Below are positions 24,289 through 25,129 of a stretch of DNA of 25,129 nt, one piece after another. The DNA comes from a virus (taxonomy: Duplodnaviria > Heunggongvirae > Uroviricota > Caudoviricetes), in the IMG/VR virus record IMGVR_UViG_3300035682_000012, positions 70,073-95,201 of that record; one strand, given 5' to 3'. Numbering within the stretch: position 1 is the first letter of the stretch; every line of letters begins with the position of its first letter. Below the pieces are notes generated by a model. It saw nothing but the letters and a program-made list of their open reading frames with translations. It was not told the origin of the DNA and searched no databases. Position numbers and translations under genes: made by a program.

Positions 24289-25129
24289 AGATTCAAATTT
24301 AATGTTAAAGAAATTGTTCGTTCGTTGTTTGTTTTTATCAAATTTCGGTTTTGTAACTTTTGATAATAGATTGATGGTTGGCCTAACACATCACCTATTG
24401 CCAATTTTATTTCACCTTTATTTAATTTATGTAAAAGGGTAACATCCAATACATCTCTGCTGTTTTCAAAAATGTCTGGATAACCCTGAAATCCTATTGC
24501 TGATATTCTATCACCTACTCTATTGTAAGTTATGTTAAGTGTGTTTTTCTTTTTATGTATATTCACACCACCATTTAATACATAGTTTGATTGCCCCTGT
24601 AATTGTCTTTTAACTCCTTTAACATTTACTTCGGAATTCATTACCGAAGCGTTTGTATAAAAATCAAACCACTCAGTTACCTTTTTACGGAACTCTAATT
24701 CAACACCATAAAGATATGCGTTATCAGGATTTGAGTAAGTTAATAATAAGTTTGATGGAACTGAACCATCAGCTACTACTTGCTCAATTGGTTTTATGAA
24801 GTTCTTACCAAATAGGGATACTGAAATGTTCTCTCCTACTTTTGGATATAATTCCCATTTCAAATCTAAATTATATATGTCAGATTTTTCTAATTTAGGA
24901 TTACCCAATAATTGTGCGTTTCTTACAAAATCATAATAAGCAAAATTAGCTACTTCTCTAAACTCCGGCCTTGCTAATGTTTTACTTAATGAAAATCTAT
25001 ACTTCGTTTTTTCTAAATTGTATGAAAGATTTAATGATGGTAATACATCCAAATACTCTCTATTAACTTTAACTTTACTTCCACTAAAATCTGCGGTAGA
25101 TACATCAAATAAATTATATTCGGTTCTAA
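24285..25129 (-). CDS. TonB-dependent receptor, C-terminal part (runs off the window)
   Basis: Frame stays open from 25127 (RTEYNLF...YLDVLPSLNL); SKTLARPEFRE, GNPKLEKSDIYNLDLKWELYP, FGKNFIKPIE; ATGA overlap with the lipoprotein gene. Confidence 0.9.
   Translation of the reverse strand, partial: RTEYNLFDVSTADFSGSKVKVNREYLDVLPSLNLSYNLEKTKYRFSLSKTLARPEFREVANFAYYDFVRNAQLLGNPKLEKSDIYNLDLKWELYPKVGENISVSLFGKNFIKPIEQVVADGSVPSNLLLTYSNPDNAYLYGVELEFRKKVTEWFDFYTNASVMNSEVNVKGVKRQLQGQSNYVLNGGVNIHKKKNTLNITYNRVGDRISAIGFQGYPDIFENSRDVLDVTLLHKLNKGEIKLAIGDVLGQPSIYYQKLQNRNLIKTNNERTISLTLNLNL

Noticed and set aside
1-25129. Stop-codon reassignment
   Set aside because: Long genes translate intact under code 11, and TAA, TAG and TGA all occur as sensible stops with tight gene packing.

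Overview
AT-rich, very gene-dense window with essentially every real gene on the minus strand. It is most consistent with a segment of a large lytic phage of Bacteroidota. Support: many small ORFs, seven Bacteroidota-type TTTG-N20-TAnnTTA promoters, a second recurrent ATATTTATA motif, and A-rich leaders. In transcription order (right to left) it contains: (1) a cell-envelope module with a partial TonB-dependent receptor, a beta-helix-type lipoprotein, a CsgG-like protein, a basic peptide, FeoA, a Q/N-rich outer-membrane protein and a long-stalk beta-barrel protein; (2) a Cas4/RecB-like nuclease, an RHH regulator and five glycosyltransferases; (3) putative virion-associated proteins, a ferritin-like protein, three SGNH-like proteins and a HAD phosphatase; (4) small accessory genes including a histone-like protein, a secreted NucA-type nuclease, a degenerate HNH, DUF4494-like, HAD/RfaE/cupin sugar-nucleotide genes, a 7Fe ferredoxin, a DST-repeat lipoprotein, a cyclic-phosphate receiver-like protein and a zinc finger. 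A ~47-nt armless tRNA-like element lies at 335-381. Four small ORFs and two partial edge ORFs or extensions missing from the supplied track were read by hand. All family assignments come from motif recognition only; no database search was run.
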